A stretch of 64,000 bases of DNA from Polyangiaceae bacterium (GCA_035063585.1 JAPSGB010000010.1:60020-124019); one strand, 5' to 3'; numbered from the stretch's first letter, positions 29,968 through 40,851 are shown. Program-made: numbers and translations. The notes: generated by a model not told the origin, from the sequence alone.

Positions 29968-32628
29968 CTAGCGGCGCTCGGCGAGGTAGTCGAGGCAGGT
30001 CGCGACCAGCGCCGTCCAGCCCGTCTGGTGGCTCGCGCCGAGGCCACGGCCGGTGTCGCCGTGAAAGTGCTCGTAAAAGAGGATGAGCTCGCGGAAGGCC
30101 GGGTCGGTCGCGTAGCGCGTCTCTTCGCCGTGGCACGGCCGCGCGCCCCGCTCATCGGCCAGGAACAAGCGGACCAGCCGCGCCGCGAGCTCATCGGCGA
30201 CCGCGCCGAGGGTCATCATCCGCCCCGAGCCCGTGGGGCACTCGACCTCGAGCGACTCACCGTAAAACCCGTGGTAGCGCCGGAGCGCCTGGATCAAGAG
30301 AAAATTCACCGGGAACCAGATGGGCCCGCGCCAGTTCGAGTTTCCACCGAACATCCCGGTGGTGCTCTCGCCCGGCACATACTCGACGCGGTGCTCCTGC
30401 CCCTGCAAGTCGAAGACGTACGGGTGAGCCTCGTGCGCCTTGCTGAGTGAGCGCACGCCGAAGGGTGACAGGAATTCGTTCTCGTCGAGCACGTAGCGGA
30501 GCACGCCGAGCAGCCGCTCCTTCGAGGGGACGGCGAGCAGCCGGTGCGCGCCTGCGTCGGCGGTGCGGCGGTCCATACAGGCGATGTGCTTGCTCAGATC
30601 CGGGCGGTTCGCGAGAAACCACCGCATGCGCTTCTTGAAGCCGGGCAGCGCGTCGATGAGCTCGTCGTCGAGCACGGTGGCGGCAAAGAGCGGGATGATC
30701 CCGACCATCGACCGGGTGCGGAGCGGGATCACCTCGCCGTTCACGTGGAGCTGGTCATAGTAGAAGCCGTCGTGCGCGTCCCAGAGCCCGGAGCCGCGGA
30801 ACTCGTTCATGGCGTCGACGATGGCCACGAAATGCTCGAAGAATTTCGACGCCATGTCGCCGTATGCCGAATCGTAGCGGGCGAGCTCGAGCGCGATCTC
30901 GAGCATGGTCGCCGAGTAGAACGCCATCCACGCGGTCCCGTCCGCCTGCTCGATGTGCCCACCGGTCGGGAGCGTGACCGACCGATCGAAGACCCCGATG
31001 TTGTCGAGGCCGAGGAAGCCGCCGCCGAAGAGGTTGTTCCCCTCTTCGTCCGTGCGGTTCACCCACCAGGTAAAGTTGAGGAGCAGTTTCTGGAAGACAC
31101 GCGCGAGAAAGGTGCGGTCGGGCCGCCCGGCGCGGAGCGTCGCGTGATAGACCATCCACGCGCTCCAGGCGTGCACCGGCGGGTTCACGTCGTGAAAGGC
31201 GAATTCGTAAGCCGGGATCTGCCCGTTCGGGTGCATGTACCACTCGCGCAGAAAGAGCACGAGCTGGTGCTTGGCGAACTCGGGGTCGATGCTCGAGAGC
31301 GGGACCATGTGGAACGCGAGATCCCAGGCCGCATACCAGGGGTACTCCCACTTGTCCGGCATGCTCAGGAGATCGCGGTTATAGAGGAGCGGCCACTCGG
31401 AGTTGCGGCCGTGCTTCCGGCTCTCGGGCGGCGGCGGGAACGCCGGGTCGCCGTCGAGCCAGTCCCCGATGACATAGTGGTAGTACTGCTCGCTCTGGAG
31501 GAGCCCGGCGTAAGCCTGCCGCGCGACCTGGCGCTCCTCGGGGGTGAGCGTCGGCGCGAGCACCTCGTCGTAGAACTCGTCCGCCTCGCGTCGGCGCGCG
31601 TCGAGCGCCGCGTCGAAGCTCGCGTCGAAGGGAGCGCCACGGTGGGCGCTCTCCGCGGTCAGGCGCAGGCGCAGTCGCACCGCGCCGCCGGCCGCGACGC
31701 TCAAGCAATGATGAACCGCCGCTTTGGTGCCCGGCCCGGTCGTGCTCGCGGCGCGATGGTCGCCCGTCACCAGGTACTCGTGAAACCCGTCCTTGACGAG
31801 CCCCGAGTTCTCGCCGCCGAAGAGGCGGGCGAAGTTGGTCTCGTTGTCGGTGAAGAGGACGGGGGGCTCGCTCTCGCCGGCAGCCTCGAAGTGGAGGCGC
31901 ATGAGCCCGAGCGAGGCGTGCTCCGCGGTGAGCTCGCCGGGGCCCGAGCGGATGATGCTCGGCTTCGGCCAGTACCCCTCGCCCTCGCGGCCCCACGACC
32001 AGGTGTTGCGGAACCAGAGCGTCGGGAGCACGTGGAGGGTCGCCGGCTCGGGGCCGCGGTTCGTGATGGTGAGCACGACGAGGATGTCCTCGGGGCTCGC
32101 CTTCGCGTACTCGACCTCTACGTCGAAATATCGATTCTCGTCGAATACGCCGGTGTCCGCGAGCTCGTACTCGCGCTCGCTGCGCGAGCGGCGCGCGTTC
32201 TCTCGCACCAAGTCTCCATATGGAAATTCACGCTGCGGGTATTTGTAGAGGCTGCGGAGGTGCGAGTGGGTCGGCGTCGCGTCGAGGTAGTAGTAGCACT
32301 CCTTGACGTCCTCTCCGTGGTTGCCTTCCGGGCCGGTGAGGCCGAAGAGGCGCTCCTTCAGGATGGGATCCTTGCCGTTCCAGAGCGCGAGCGCGAAGGC
32401 GAGGCGGCACTGGCGGTCACAGATTCCGAAGAGCCCGTCTTCGCCCCAGCGGTAGGCGCGGCTCCGCGCGTGATCGTGAGGGAAGTAGTCCCAGCAGGTG
32501 CCGTCCGGCGAGTAGTCCTCTCGCACCGTGCCCCACTGGCGCTCGGAGAGGTACGGCCCCCAGCGCTTCCAGTTCTTCTCGCGCCGTGAGTCCTCCGCGA
32601 GTCGCGTCGCCTCGATCGAGCGTGCCAC
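29968..32628 (-). CDS. GH63/MGH1-like glycoside hydrolase (glucosidase)
   Basis: [56 protein letters not shown]. Confidence 0.92.
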   Translation of the reverse strand: MARSIEATRLAEDSRREKNWKRWGPYLSERQWGTVREDYSPDGTCWDYFPHDHARSRAYRWGEDGLFGICDRQCRLAFALALWNGKDPILKERLFGLTGPEGNHGEDVKECYYYLDATPTHSHLRSLYKYPQREFPYGDLVRENARRSRSEREYELADTGVFDENRYFDVEVEYAKASPEDILVVLTITNRGPEPATLHVLPTLWFRNTWSWGREGEGYWPKPSIIRSGPGELTAEHASLGLMRLHFEAAGESEPPVLFTDNETNFARLFGGENSGLVKDGFHEYLVTGDHRAASTTGPGTKAAVHHCLSVAAGGAVRLRLRLTAESAHRGAPFDASFDAALDARRREADEFYDEVLAPTLTPEERQVARQAYAGLLQSEQYYHYVIGDWLDGDPAFPPPPESRKHGRNSEWPLLYNRDLLSMPDKWEYPWYAAWDLAFHMVPLSSIDPEFAKHQLVLFLREWYMHPNGQIPAYEFAFHDVNPPVHAWSAWMVYHATLRAGRPDRTFLARVFQKLLLNFTWWVNRTDEEGNNLFGGGFLGLDNIGVFDRSVTLPTGGHIEQADGTAWMAFYSATMLEIALELARYDSAYGDMASKFFEHFVAIVDAMNEFRGSGLWDAHDGFYYDQLHVNGEVIPLRTRSMVGIIPLFAATVLDDELIDALPGFKKRMRWFLANRPDLSKHIACMDRRTADAGAHRLLAVPSKERLLGVLRYVLDENEFLSPFGVRSLSKAHEAHPYVFDLQGQEHRVEYVPGESTTGMFGGNSNWRGPIWFPVNFLLIQALRRYHGFYGESLEVECPTGSGRMMTLGAVADELAARLVRLFLADERGARPCHGEETRYATDPAFRELILFYEHFHGDTGRGLGASHQTGWTALVATCLDYLAERR

Positions 32629-32644
32629 TCTCCGTCTCCCTTGC

Positions 32645-33649
32645 TCAGGCGCCGGGCGCCATGGCGCGGAGGAACATCTCCACGATTTGCCAGGGCATCC
32701 CGGTCGGGAGGTTCAAAATCGGGAGATCGACGCCGAAGCTGCGGCGCCGGCGGAGCTCCTCCACGCAGTAGGCCGGCTCGCCGGCGATGGCGAGCGCCTC
32801 GATCATGCGGTCCGGCACCGCGTCGGTCGCCTGCGAGCGGGTGGCATGGTCGGCGTAGAGCTCGGCGATGCGCTTGCAGTCGTCCCCGTAGCCGAAGCGC
32901 GTGAGGAGCTCGATGTAGTAGTCGCCCATCCCGCCGATGTAAAAGGCGATGATGCTCTTCGCCATGTAGGCCGCGCCGTCGCCGCCCATCGGCAGCGCGG
33001 TGGTGAAGGGAGCGCAGGTGATCTGCTTGGGATCGCGCCCGGCGCGCGCCGCGCCCGCGGCGATCCACTCGAGCCCGTCGCGGTAGTTGGCGTAAGGCCA
33101 GAAGGTCGGCAGCCAGCCGTCCGCGAGCTCGCCGATCGACTCGATCGCCTTCTGTTTGAGCGCGGCGACGTAGATCGGGATCTCGCGCCTGGTGGGCGTC
33201 ATCTCCAGCTTGAACGGACGATACTCGGCGTTCTCGGCGCCGGCCTCGGTCAGGCGCTTGCCCGCGAGGAGCGCCCGCACCACCCGGATGACGTCCCGCG
33301 TCTGGGTGAGCGGCTTCTTGAACTCGCGCGCGTGAAACCCCTCGATGACCCGCTTCCCGCTGGTGCCAATGCCGAGGATGAGCCGCCCCTCGCTGATCTC
33401 GTCGACGGTGGCCGCGCTCATTGCCAAGAGCCCGGGCGAGCGGCTGAACACGTTGGCGATGCCCGTGCCGAGCTTGATCCGCTTGGTCTTCAAGGCGAGC
33501 TCGGTGAGCAAGCTGAAGAGCTCGTAGCCCCAGGCCTCGGGGATCCAGAAGGAGTCGTAGCCGAGGTCGTCGGCGAGCTCGGCCGCGCGGACGTAGAGCT
33601 TGCGGTCGTAGTTCTTCCAGAAAGCGAGCGCGCCGATACGTTCGGTCAT
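32645..33649 (-). CDS. LLM-class flavin-dependent (luciferase-like) oxidoreductase
   Basis: [45 protein letters not shown]. Confidence 0.9.
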   Translation of the reverse strand: MTERIGALAFWKNYDRKLYVRAAELADDLGYDSFWIPEAWGYELFSLLTELALKTKRIKLGTGIANVFSRSPGLLAMSAATVDEISEGRLILGIGTSGKRVIEGFHAREFKKPLTQTRDVIRVVRALLAGKRLTEAGAENAEYRPFKLEMTPTRREIPIYVAALKQKAIESIGELADGWLPTFWPYANYRDGLEWIAAGAARAGRDPKQITCAPFTTALPMGGDGAAYMAKSIIAFYIGGMGDYYIELLTRFGYGDDCKRIAELYADHATRSQATDAVPDRMIEALAIAGEPAYCVEELRRRRSFGVDLPILNLPTGMPWQIVEMFLRAMAPGA

Positions 33650-33710
33650 GACCCGGGAGAATAGACCAGGCGCGCGCCCGCGCGGAAGCGCGCCCGCGCG
33701 GCGCCGGCCC

Positions 33711-34679
33711 TCACGGCTCGAGCCGAGGACGCCCGCGCCATTTCGCGGGAATTTTGAGCTCCTGGCCGATACGGAGCGGAGCCCGTGGGACGATTCCGTT
33801 CTCTTCGCACAGCGTCCGCACGGTGACGTCGTACTTGCGCGCGAGACCGCTCAGGGTGTCGCCGCGCTCGACCACGTGCACCTTCGGCGCCGCCTTGCCG
33901 CCCTGCTGCTTGGGGCGCTGCCGCTTCACGAGTTCGTCGCCCGCGCCGCCCCGGCAGCAGCGAAAACCGATCGAGTAGTCGTGGTACTTCGTGTCGTGGG
34001 CGGTGGTGAGATAGCCGCAGCCGTCGCCGTTCAGGTGATTGTCGAGGTAGTAGCCGCCGCGGAAGGCGCCGCCGGGGTTCGCCGTCCACTCGTGGAGGTT
34101 TCCGACCATGTCGAAGGTGCCGTACGAGGAGCGGCAGCGCGAGAAGCTGCCCGTGCGAGCCACCGAGCCCTTCACCTGGTTCAGGCGCGGGTCGTTCATC
34201 GCGTCCATACCGAAGGTCGAGAGCGAGTCGTCGGCGCCGTGGAGCAGACGAAGCGGCGAGACCCCGGCGTCGTTGCAGCGCCCTTCCACGCGCTCGTCGC
34301 CGTAGGGATAGAGGGTCGGGCTCTTGCCCTTGCAGGCGGTCAACCACTCCTGGTCCGTGCAGAGCCGCTTGCCGGCGTTCTCGCAGGCTGCGGCGGCCTC
34401 CACCTGGCTGAGATATGCCTGCGGCACGACGCCGCGGCGGCTCCGCGCGGCGAGCCGCTCGGCGGGCTTCTGCGTGTGATAGGGCGAGTGCTTGCGGAGG
34501 GTCCGCCCGCGCGCGTCGACGACGTCGGTGCTCGCTTCGTAGCGGTCGATGCAAAACTCGCCCTTCACGCTCGCCATGCCGGCGAGGCAGGTGACGCCGC
34601 GCGCGGTGGCGGTCGGCGCGGCCGCGGCGAGGCCGGCGACTCCGACGAGGAGCGCGAAGGCGAGGGCGCGGCCGTTCAT
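33711..34679 (-). CDS. Secreted FGE-sulfatase/SUMF1-domain protein with C-terminal LysM
   Basis: Signal peptide, [38 protein letters not shown], then [30 protein letters not shown]. Confidence 0.9.
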   Translation of the reverse strand: MNGRALAFALLVGVAGLAAAAPTATARGVTCLAGMASVKGEFCIDRYEASTDVVDARGRTLRKHSPYHTQKPAERLAARSRRGVVPQAYLSQVEAAAACENAGKRLCTDQEWLTACKGKSPTLYPYGDERVEGRCNDAGVSPLRLLHGADDSLSTFGMDAMNDPRLNQVKGSVARTGSFSRCRSSYGTFDMVGNLHEWTANPGGAFRGGYYLDNHLNGDGCGYLTTAHDTKYHDYSIGFRCCRGGAGDELVKRQRPKQQGGKAAPKVHVVERGDTLSGLARKYDVTVRTLCEENGIVPRAPLRIGQELKIPAKWRGRPRLEP

Positions 34680-34737
34680 CCTCCCGAGGCATGTCATGTA
34701 GCGCGCGCGAGCGCCAACCCTCGGCGCTCCGCGGGTG

Positions 34738-35094
34738 TCACTTCAGGGGATCACAACGCCAGGCTACCCCGTCGATTCGGTAGTTCCCGGTCACGCAAGC
34801 CGCGGCGCTCACGCTCACCACGCGCGAGGCGTTGGCGTCGAGGGACACCCGAAGCGTACGCCGATCGCGCCCGGTCACCTGGCCCTTGTCGTCTTGGCAG
34901 GTGACGGTGGCGCTCAGCGAGCACGAGTATCGCAGCTCGCACGAGTTCGAGAAGCCATAGTCGAGCCCGCGCTCGACGCTCGACTGGTGGACCGTGACGC
35001 AGCTCTCCTCCTCCGCCTCGGCGCGCGCGCCGGGGCTCCCGGCAATCACGCACAAACCCAGCGCGAACGGCACGAACAGACGATCCAGGCGCAT
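34738..35094 (-). CDS. Small secreted Cys-rich protein
   Basis: RBS GGAGGAGG, signal peptide ending ARA, six Cys in the mature part. Confidence 0.75.
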   Translation of the reverse strand: MRLDRLFVPFALGLCVIAGSPGARAEAEEESCVTVHQSSVERGLDYGFSNSCELRYSCSLSATVTCQDDKGQVTGRDRRTLRVSLDANASRVVSVSAAACVTGNYRIDGVAWRCDPLK

Positions 35095-35283
35095 GGCGGC
35101 CTCCTCCGGTGACAGGACCTCGTGGGCGCCGCGCATCGGCTCGCCGAGGCGGCCGTCAGCGAGGCGAGGATGACATCATGAGACAACGAGCCCTCGGGGG
35201 AGTTCCGGGAAATCCGCCGAGCCGCGCGCGGCGCGTGACCCCCCGCGCGCGGCGCGCTACATGGCTCGGAAGGAGGCACTAGG

Positions 35284-36261
35284 GTGCTCGATCTCGAACG
35301 ACTCAAGCGCATCGAGCTGAGCCCGCGGCCGCGCGGGCAGATCCTGATCGCGAACCTCGGGCTCGTCTTCGACTACCGCTTCCCGAGGAAGACCGAGATC
35401 GTGCTCGAGGGCAAGGAGCGGCTGCCGAAGGGCGGGGCGTTCCTCGCCATGAACCACACCGATCGGTATAACTACTGGCCGCTCCAGTACGGGATGTACC
35501 GCGAGGGCCTCGCCTTCACCGCGACCTGGGTGAAGGGGAAGTACTACGAGAATCGGTTCTTGGGTCGGTTCATGGACTCGACCAACAACATCCCGACGCC
35601 GTCGCGCGGGTACGTGATAACGACCGAGTTTCGGAAATTCGCCGGCCGGCCGCCGAACGACGATGAGTACCGAGTGCTCCGGGATCTCATCGACGGCAAG
35701 CGCGCGCCGGGCGAGCCGCTCCCCGATGACGCGAGCGACGCGGTGCGAGGCTTTCTCGGCGGCGAGCCGGGCGCGTTCCTCGAGCGCTTCGACGCGCTCT
35801 TCTCCGAGATGCTCCGCGAGGTCATCGAGCTCAACCGCCGCGCCATCGAGGAGCTCCACCTCAGCGTGCTCGTGTTCCCGCAGGGGACCCGCTCGAAGCG
35901 GCTCTCGCGCGGGCACACGGGGCTCGCGCAGATGGCGCAGTACCTCGGCGCGCCGATCATCCCCATCGGTTGTAACGGCAGCGATCGGCTCTATCCGGGC
36001 AACTCGCCGTTCTCGAAGGGAGGGCGCGTGGTCTACCGGGTGGGCGAGCCGCTCGCGGTCGACGGCCCCGAGCTCGCGCCGTATCGCGTGCCGCGCGACG
36101 TCCTCCCGCTCACCGACGAGGCGTCCGCGAAGTACGGCCGGAGCTACCAGGCCATCACCGATATCGTGATGGACCGCATCAACGCGCTCCTCGACCCCGA
36201 GTACCAGTACGCAGCGAGCGGCGAGCCCGACGGCGAGCGCGGGGTAGCGCGGTTCGTTTGA
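35284..36261 (+). CDS. PlsC-like lysophospholipid acyltransferase
   Basis: RBS AGGAGG; LAMNHTD, VLVFPQGTRS, APIIPIG, VGEP. Confidence 0.85.
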   Translation: MLDLERLKRIELSPRPRGQILIANLGLVFDYRFPRKTEIVLEGKERLPKGGAFLAMNHTDRYNYWPLQYGMYREGLAFTATWVKGKYYENRFLGRFMDSTNNIPTPSRGYVITTEFRKFAGRPPNDDEYRVLRDLIDGKRAPGEPLPDDASDAVRGFLGGEPGAFLERFDALFSEMLREVIELNRRAIEELHLSVLVFPQGTRSKRLSRGHTGLAQMAQYLGAPIIPIGCNGSDRLYPGNSPFSKGGRVVYRVGEPLAVDGPELAPYRVPRDVLPLTDEASAKYGRSYQAITDIVMDRINALLDPEYQYAASGEPDGERGVARFV

Positions 36262-36348
36262 GGGCTCGGCCCGCAGCTCGGCGCGGGGTCGAGCGAGGGG
36301 CGCGTCGCGCCGCCGGCCGCGCCGGACCGGCATCGAGCGCCAGCCGCC

Positions 36349-38199
36349 TCACGCGCTCGTGCGCAAGCTCGCGGAGTCGGAGCCGCCCTTCGCGTCGAGG
36401 ATCTCCCGGATCTTCAGCAGGAACTCGCTCGACGAGAAGGGCTTCTGCAGGAAGGCGAAGCGCGTCGCGAGAGCGCCGTCGCGGACGATGACGTTGTCCG
36501 CGTAGCCGCTCAGGAAGAGCACGCGCAGGCTCGGATGGAGCTCGCCCACCTGGGCGGCGAGCTCGACCCCGCCCAGCTCGGGCATGACCACGTCGGTGAC
36601 GAGCAGCTCGGGCAGCCGCTCGGCGGCGTCGAGTACGGCGAGCGCGTCGGCGCCATTGGCCGCCTCGAGCACGGTGTAGCCCGCATTTCGCAAGGTCCGC
36701 GCGGTGACGCGGAGCAAGGACGGCTCGTCCTCGACCAACAGGATGAGCTCGCTGCCCCGGCTCGGGTGAATCGACGGCTTCTTTCGCGGCCGCTCCTGAG
36801 CGGGCCCCGTAGCGCGAGGAAGGTAGAGCTCGAACGTGGTTCCCTGGCCGAGCTCGCTCTGCACCTCGATGTGCCCGCCGGCCTGCTTCACGGTGCCGTA
36901 GGTCGTGGAGAGGCCGAGGCCGGTGCCCTCACCGGGCGGTTTCGTGCTGAAGAAGGGCTCGAAGATGCGCTCCCTCGTCGCTTCGCTCATGCCGACGCCG
37001 GTGTCGCTGACGGTGAGCCGGATGTAGTCGCCCGGCACGAGCTCCGGGTCCTCGGGCGCCGGAGAGGAGCCGAAGGTGACGCGCTGCGTCTCGATGGTGA
37101 GGACTCCGCCCTGTGGCATCGCGTCGCGCGCGTTGACCACCAGGTTCAAGAGGACCTGCTCGAGCTTGCTCGGATCCGCCACGACCGCCCCGAGCTCGTC
37201 ACCGAGCTCGAGGCGAATGGTGATGTCGGTCCCGACGGTCCCGCTCAGTAGGCGCTCGGTCTCGCGCACCAGCTCGTTCAGATCCAGGCGGATGGGCTCG
37301 ATGACTTGCCGCCGCGAGAACGCCAGGAGCTGGCGCGTCAGCGCGGCGGCCCTCCCCGAGGCGCGCAGGATCTCTCGCAGATCGCCGCGCGCCGGCGAGT
37401 CTGCCGGCAGCCCGTCTCTCACGTGCTCGGCGTAGCCGGTGATGGCGGCGAGCATGTTGTTGAAATCGTGCGCGATGCCGCCCGCGAGCTTCCCGACCGA
37501 TTCGAGGCGCTGCGCGGCGCGCAGGCGCTCGTCGCGGCGTTGTCGCTCGGAGATATCGCGGATCGCGAAGAGTCGCTCGCCGCCCGCGCCCTGCGCGCTG
37601 CTCGAGGTGCACTCGACCGGGAACCGTTCGCCGTCCCTCCGCTTTGCCTCGCCGCTTCCGGCGAGGCCCGTGGAGCAATCCCCGCCCTCGATGAGGGACG
37701 AGAGCGACTCGCCCACCAGCCCGCCGCGCTCGGCGCCGAACAGGGTGAGCGCTGCGGTGTTCGCGCGGTGGATCTTCCCGGTCGGGCCGACCAGCAGCAT
37801 GGCGTCGGGAGCTCTCTCGAGCGCCTGGTGAAAGAGCGCGTCCGTCTGATCGCGCGCGAGCGCGAGGTGCTGATTGCGCGCGAGCAGCAGCGCAAACACC
37901 CAGAGCGCCCCGAGCGAGAGCACGCGGTGCACGATGATGAACTCGAGCCCCACGGGCCCGCTCGGGCTCGGCGCGCGGAGCGCGACATCCACCAGCACCA
38001 GCGCGCTCGAGAGGCCCGCCACGGCGAGGGGGTGCCAGCGGACCCGCGAGCGGAGGAGCGCCATGAGCGGGATGAGGTAGAGGAAGCCGAGCGCGTATCC
38101 CATCGGCGCGGCGAGGTCGATCGCGAAGATGACGAGCGTGAGCGGAATCGCGAGCGCGAGCCGGCGATGGGCGCCGGCGTGGGCACGAGGCGGACTCAT
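36349..38199 (-). CDS. Hybrid sensor histidine kinase (membrane sensor, PAS, HisKA, HATPase, REC)
   Basis: GGIAHDFNNML, QVLLNLVVNARDAM, DTGVGM, GTGLGL, LLVEDE..LVTDVVMP..KPF. Confidence 0.95.
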   Translation of the reverse strand: MSPPRAHAGAHRRLALAIPLTLVIFAIDLAAPMGYALGFLYLIPLMALLRSRVRWHPLAVAGLSSALVLVDVALRAPSPSGPVGLEFIIVHRVLSLGALWVFALLLARNQHLALARDQTDALFHQALERAPDAMLLVGPTGKIHRANTAALTLFGAERGGLVGESLSSLIEGGDCSTGLAGSGEAKRRDGERFPVECTSSSAQGAGGERLFAIRDISERQRRDERLRAAQRLESVGKLAGGIAHDFNNMLAAITGYAEHVRDGLPADSPARGDLREILRASGRAAALTRQLLAFSRRQVIEPIRLDLNELVRETERLLSGTVGTDITIRLELGDELGAVVADPSKLEQVLLNLVVNARDAMPQGGVLTIETQRVTFGSSPAPEDPELVPGDYIRLTVSDTGVGMSEATRERIFEPFFSTKPPGEGTGLGLSTTYGTVKQAGGHIEVQSELGQGTTFELYLPRATGPAQERPRKKPSIHPSRGSELILLVEDEPSLLRVTARTLRNAGYTVLEAANGADALAVLDAAERLPELLVTDVVMPELGGVELAAQVGELHPSLRVLFLSGYADNVIVRDGALATRFAFLQKPFSSSEFLLKIREILDAKGGSDSASLRTSA

Positions 38200-39302
38200 G
38201 CGGCGAGCCTCGCGGTGATGGCGGGCGCGGGGGGCGCGAGGGGCGCGAAGCCGCCGCGGGTGAAGAAGTAGGCGCCGAGCGCGAGCTCGACGTAGCCGTG
38301 GAACATCGCGAGGCTGAGGTAGAGGTTGCGCGCGCGGGCGAGGCCGAAGAAGGCCAGGACGACGACGCCGAAGGTGCCGATGACGATGAGCGCGACGCCG
38401 GCCTGCCCGAACTCGCGGAGGAGCGCGCGCGCGAAGCGCCGGTAGGTGGAGGTGCCTGGTCCGCGGACGTCTTCTTGGGGAATGACGAGGAGCCAGGTCG
38501 AGTAGTGAACGCTCTGCAGGAACGCGAACGAGAGCGTGAGCCCGACCGCGGGGAAGAACGAGAGGCCCGGAGCGAGCCAGTCCGCCGCGGCGAGCACGTG
38601 GAGCCCGAAGACGTCGGTGGTGCCGAGCCGCTCGGTAATGAAGTAAGTGCGGCCGCTCGAGAGGATCAACGTCATGAGCACGATCACCGCGAGCGGGAGG
38701 GCGGCGGCGCGGAGCTGGCTGCGGAAGAGGGCGAGCCAGAGCACGAGCGCGACCAGGTTGTGCAGGTGCGCGTACACGAGGCGCGTCAGGTAAGGGTGCG
38801 TCTGCGCGACGACGCCGAGGCCCGAGAGCACCGCGAGCCCGACCGCGATGCGGCCCCAGCGTCGCGAGGTCGCGGCGCCGAAGCAGAGCGCCACCGCGAT
38901 CCAGGCGGTCACGACCGCGTGCTCGGCGCGCGCCACCGCGAGCCGGCCGAGGCCGAGCTCGTCCGCTCCGCGGAGCGCGATGAGCGTCACGCAGGCTGCC
39001 GCGATGATGGCGAGCCAGACCCTCGGCAGCCCGCGGCGCATGACGAGGTAGCGCAGATCGGCGACCACGTGCGCCACGCCGAGCAGGACCGGACCGATGG
39101 CCAGAAGGAACGTAGGGAGAGCGACCGCGAAGGTGAAGGCCACGAAGGCGTGCGCGGTCGCCACGAAGGTGACCCGGTGGTCACGCTTACCCATGAGCCT
39201 TCGCAGCGGCGGGACGCGTGCGGAGAGCTTGTAGAGGGTGGTGCGGATCCGGTCGAGCGGCTCGGCGGCGTGCTCGAGAAGCTGTCCCGCGAGCGCCCCC
39301 AT
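38196..39302 (-). CDS. His-rich polytopic membrane protein of unknown function
   Basis: About ten TM segments with intramembrane His motifs (GVAHVVAD, YAHLHN, QSVHY, FHGYVE); ATGA overlap with the kinase gene. Confidence 0.75.
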   Translation of the reverse strand: MGALAGQLLEHAAEPLDRIRTTLYKLSARVPPLRRLMGKRDHRVTFVATAHAFVAFTFAVALPTFLLAIGPVLLGVAHVVADLRYLVMRRGLPRVWLAIIAAACVTLIALRGADELGLGRLAVARAEHAVVTAWIAVALCFGAATSRRWGRIAVGLAVLSGLGVVAQTHPYLTRLVYAHLHNLVALVLWLALFRSQLRAAALPLAVIVLMTLILSSGRTYFITERLGTTDVFGLHVLAAADWLAPGLSFFPAVGLTLSFAFLQSVHYSTWLLVIPQEDVRGPGTSTYRRFARALLREFGQAGVALIVIGTFGVVVLAFFGLARARNLYLSLAMFHGYVELALGAYFFTRGGFAPLAPPAPAITARLAA

Positions 39303-39312
39303 TCGCCCTCGG

Positions 39313-39771
39313 TCAGTGCGCTTCGCGGCGACGGAGCAAGAGCGCCGCCCCGAGGCCGAGCGCGAGCGTCAAGGCGCCCGAGCTGCCGGTCGCTGGCGCG
39401 GAAACGGAACACCCTCCGTCGTCGCTGGTCGAGCCGCCGCTGCTGGTCGAGCCGCCGCTGCTGGTCGAGCCGCCGCTGCTGGTCGAGCCGCCGCTGCCGG
39501 TCGAGCCGCCGGCGCCGCCGGTGCCGGCGCCGCCGTCCGACCGGACACAGCGCGAGCAGGCGTACTCGATGGTGCCGCCGTCGGGCGTCGGGCGCTTGCA
39601 GGTGGTCTGGGTGCAGACTCCGGGCTGGTTCCCGTCGTCGCCGGCGTTGTTGCAGGCTTCACCGACGTTCTGGCAGCTGTCGGGCGGCGGGACGTCGGCG
39701 CGGGCCAGGCGAGGGGACAGCCACACCCCCGAGCAGAGGAGCGCCGCAAAGAGCACTGAGGGAAGCTTCAT
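39313..39771 (-). CDS. Small Cys-rich MYXO-CTERM surface protein
   Basis: Signal peptide, six-Cys mini-domain, Gly/Ser linker, DDGGCSV...LALGLGAALLLRRR sorting signal. Confidence 0.88.
   Translation of the reverse strand: MKLPSVLFAALLCSGVWLSPRLARADVPPPDSCQNVGEACNNAGDDGNQPGVCTQTTCKRPTPDGGTIEYACSRCVRSDGGAGTGGAGGSTGSGGSTSSGGSTSSGGSTSSGGSTSDDGGCSVSAPATGSSGALTLALGLGAALLLRRREAH
39424..39510 (-). repeat. 18-bp tandem repeat (GGCGGCTCGACCAGCAGC = GGSTSS), about 4 copies
   Basis: Directly visible in the linker of the MYXO-CTERM gene. Confidence 0.85.
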
Positions 39772-39864
39772 ACGGAGACAGTCTCTTCCAAGTCTCGGGC
39801 GAACGCAACCCGGCCGCTCGCTCGACCGGTCGACAGGCGCTCGGCCCGCGGCTCGAGCGCGCGC

Positions 39865-40845
39865 CTAGCCGCGAAGCTGCTCGAGCAGCCCGAGCCGATC
39901 GACGAGCTGCCAGTGCCCCGCGACCTGCTGCCCCGCAAGCTCGTAGATGGTCTGTCCGCCGAAGCGGAGGCGCTTGCCCGAGGCCGGTAGGCCGCGCAGC
40001 GCTCCCTCGTGCGTGCCCTCCGCGCTCCAGCGCACGGCCACGCGCTCGCCGGCCGTGAACGCCTCGTGAATGGTGAACTCGAGATCGGGGAACGCCGCGC
40101 GCGAGTACTCCACGCGTTCCCGGTAGCCGGACCGATCGAGGGTCTTCCCTTCCCAGGGATCCCCGGGATCGGAATGGACGACGTACTCGGGCGCCACCAG
40201 CCGCTCGATCGCCTGGTACTCGCCCTGGCTCCAGACGAGTCGATGGAGCTCGGCGACGATGACGGTGGGAGCGTCGGAGCCTGCCGCGGCCGCGGCCGCC
40301 TCGCGAGCCATGTCGAGCGCAAGTTCTCGTATGTCCTTGGGCCACCGTCGCACCTGCCGCTCGAATAGCGCGAGATCGTCGTTGAAGAGCGCGCGCGAGG
40401 CCTCCTCGAAGTGGGGACGGTCTCCGGCCATGCTCGAGAGAAAGCTGCTCAGCGCCGCGCGTATCCTCCGCGCCTCCTGCTTGCCGGGCTCCGCCTTCAT
40501 CGCCTCCTCGAGCAGCCTGCGAAGCGCGCCGGAGCTGCCGATCGGGTGTTGCTCGAGCCAGTCCCAGTGTCGCGGGAGCAGGGTCACCTCTCGACTCGTG
40601 ACGCCGAGCTTCGGCCGGCCCGGCCCGCGCGTCGGCACCGGCGCTTCGCGCGCGAGCATCTCGTCGAGCGAGCCGCGGAGATCGAACTCGACTTGTCGTC
40701 CCGTCGCGAGCTCGAACACGAGCACGCACTCGGCGCCCGCGCTTCGGTCGAACCGCTCCTTCACGACCGGGAGGACGTCACGAAGTGAGCCGAGCGCGAG
40801 CTTTCGAGGGCCCGCGAAGGCAGCGTAGACAGCGCCGGATGGCAT
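39865..40845 (-). CDS. DUF2239 protein fused to a C-terminal SnoaL-like (NTF2/ester cyclase) domain
   Basis: TGRQVEFDLRG, RGPGRPKLGVTSREVTLLPRHWDWL, MAGDRPHFEEASRALF, WPKDI (DUF2239); AAFPDLEFTI..GERVAVRW..EGTHEG...ASGKR (SnoaL). Confidence 0.88.
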   Translation of the reverse strand: MPSGAVYAAFAGPRKLALGSLRDVLPVVKERFDRSAGAECVLVFELATGRQVEFDLRGSLDEMLAREAPVPTRGPGRPKLGVTSREVTLLPRHWDWLEQHPIGSSGALRRLLEEAMKAEPGKQEARRIRAALSSFLSSMAGDRPHFEEASRALFNDDLALFERQVRRWPKDIRELALDMAREAAAAAAGSDAPTVIVAELHRLVWSQGEYQAIERLVAPEYVVHSDPGDPWEGKTLDRSGYRERVEYSRAAFPDLEFTIHEAFTAGERVAVRWSAEGTHEGALRGLPASGKRLRFGGQTIYELAGQQVAGHWQLVDRLGLLEQLRG

Positions 40846-40851
40846 GGCCGG

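Noticed and set aside
30544..32589. Long antisense or alternate-frame ORFs (e.g. 30544-32589+, 1298-2698-, 20125-21657-, 42696-44450-, 48555-50153+)
   Set aside because: Shadow ORFs expected from high-GC codon bias opposite well-supported genes; Arg/Ala-rich with no recognisable motifs
33711..34679. FGE/C-type-lectin gene as a diversity-generating retroelement target
   Set aside because: No reverse transcriptase or template-repeat copy is visible in the window
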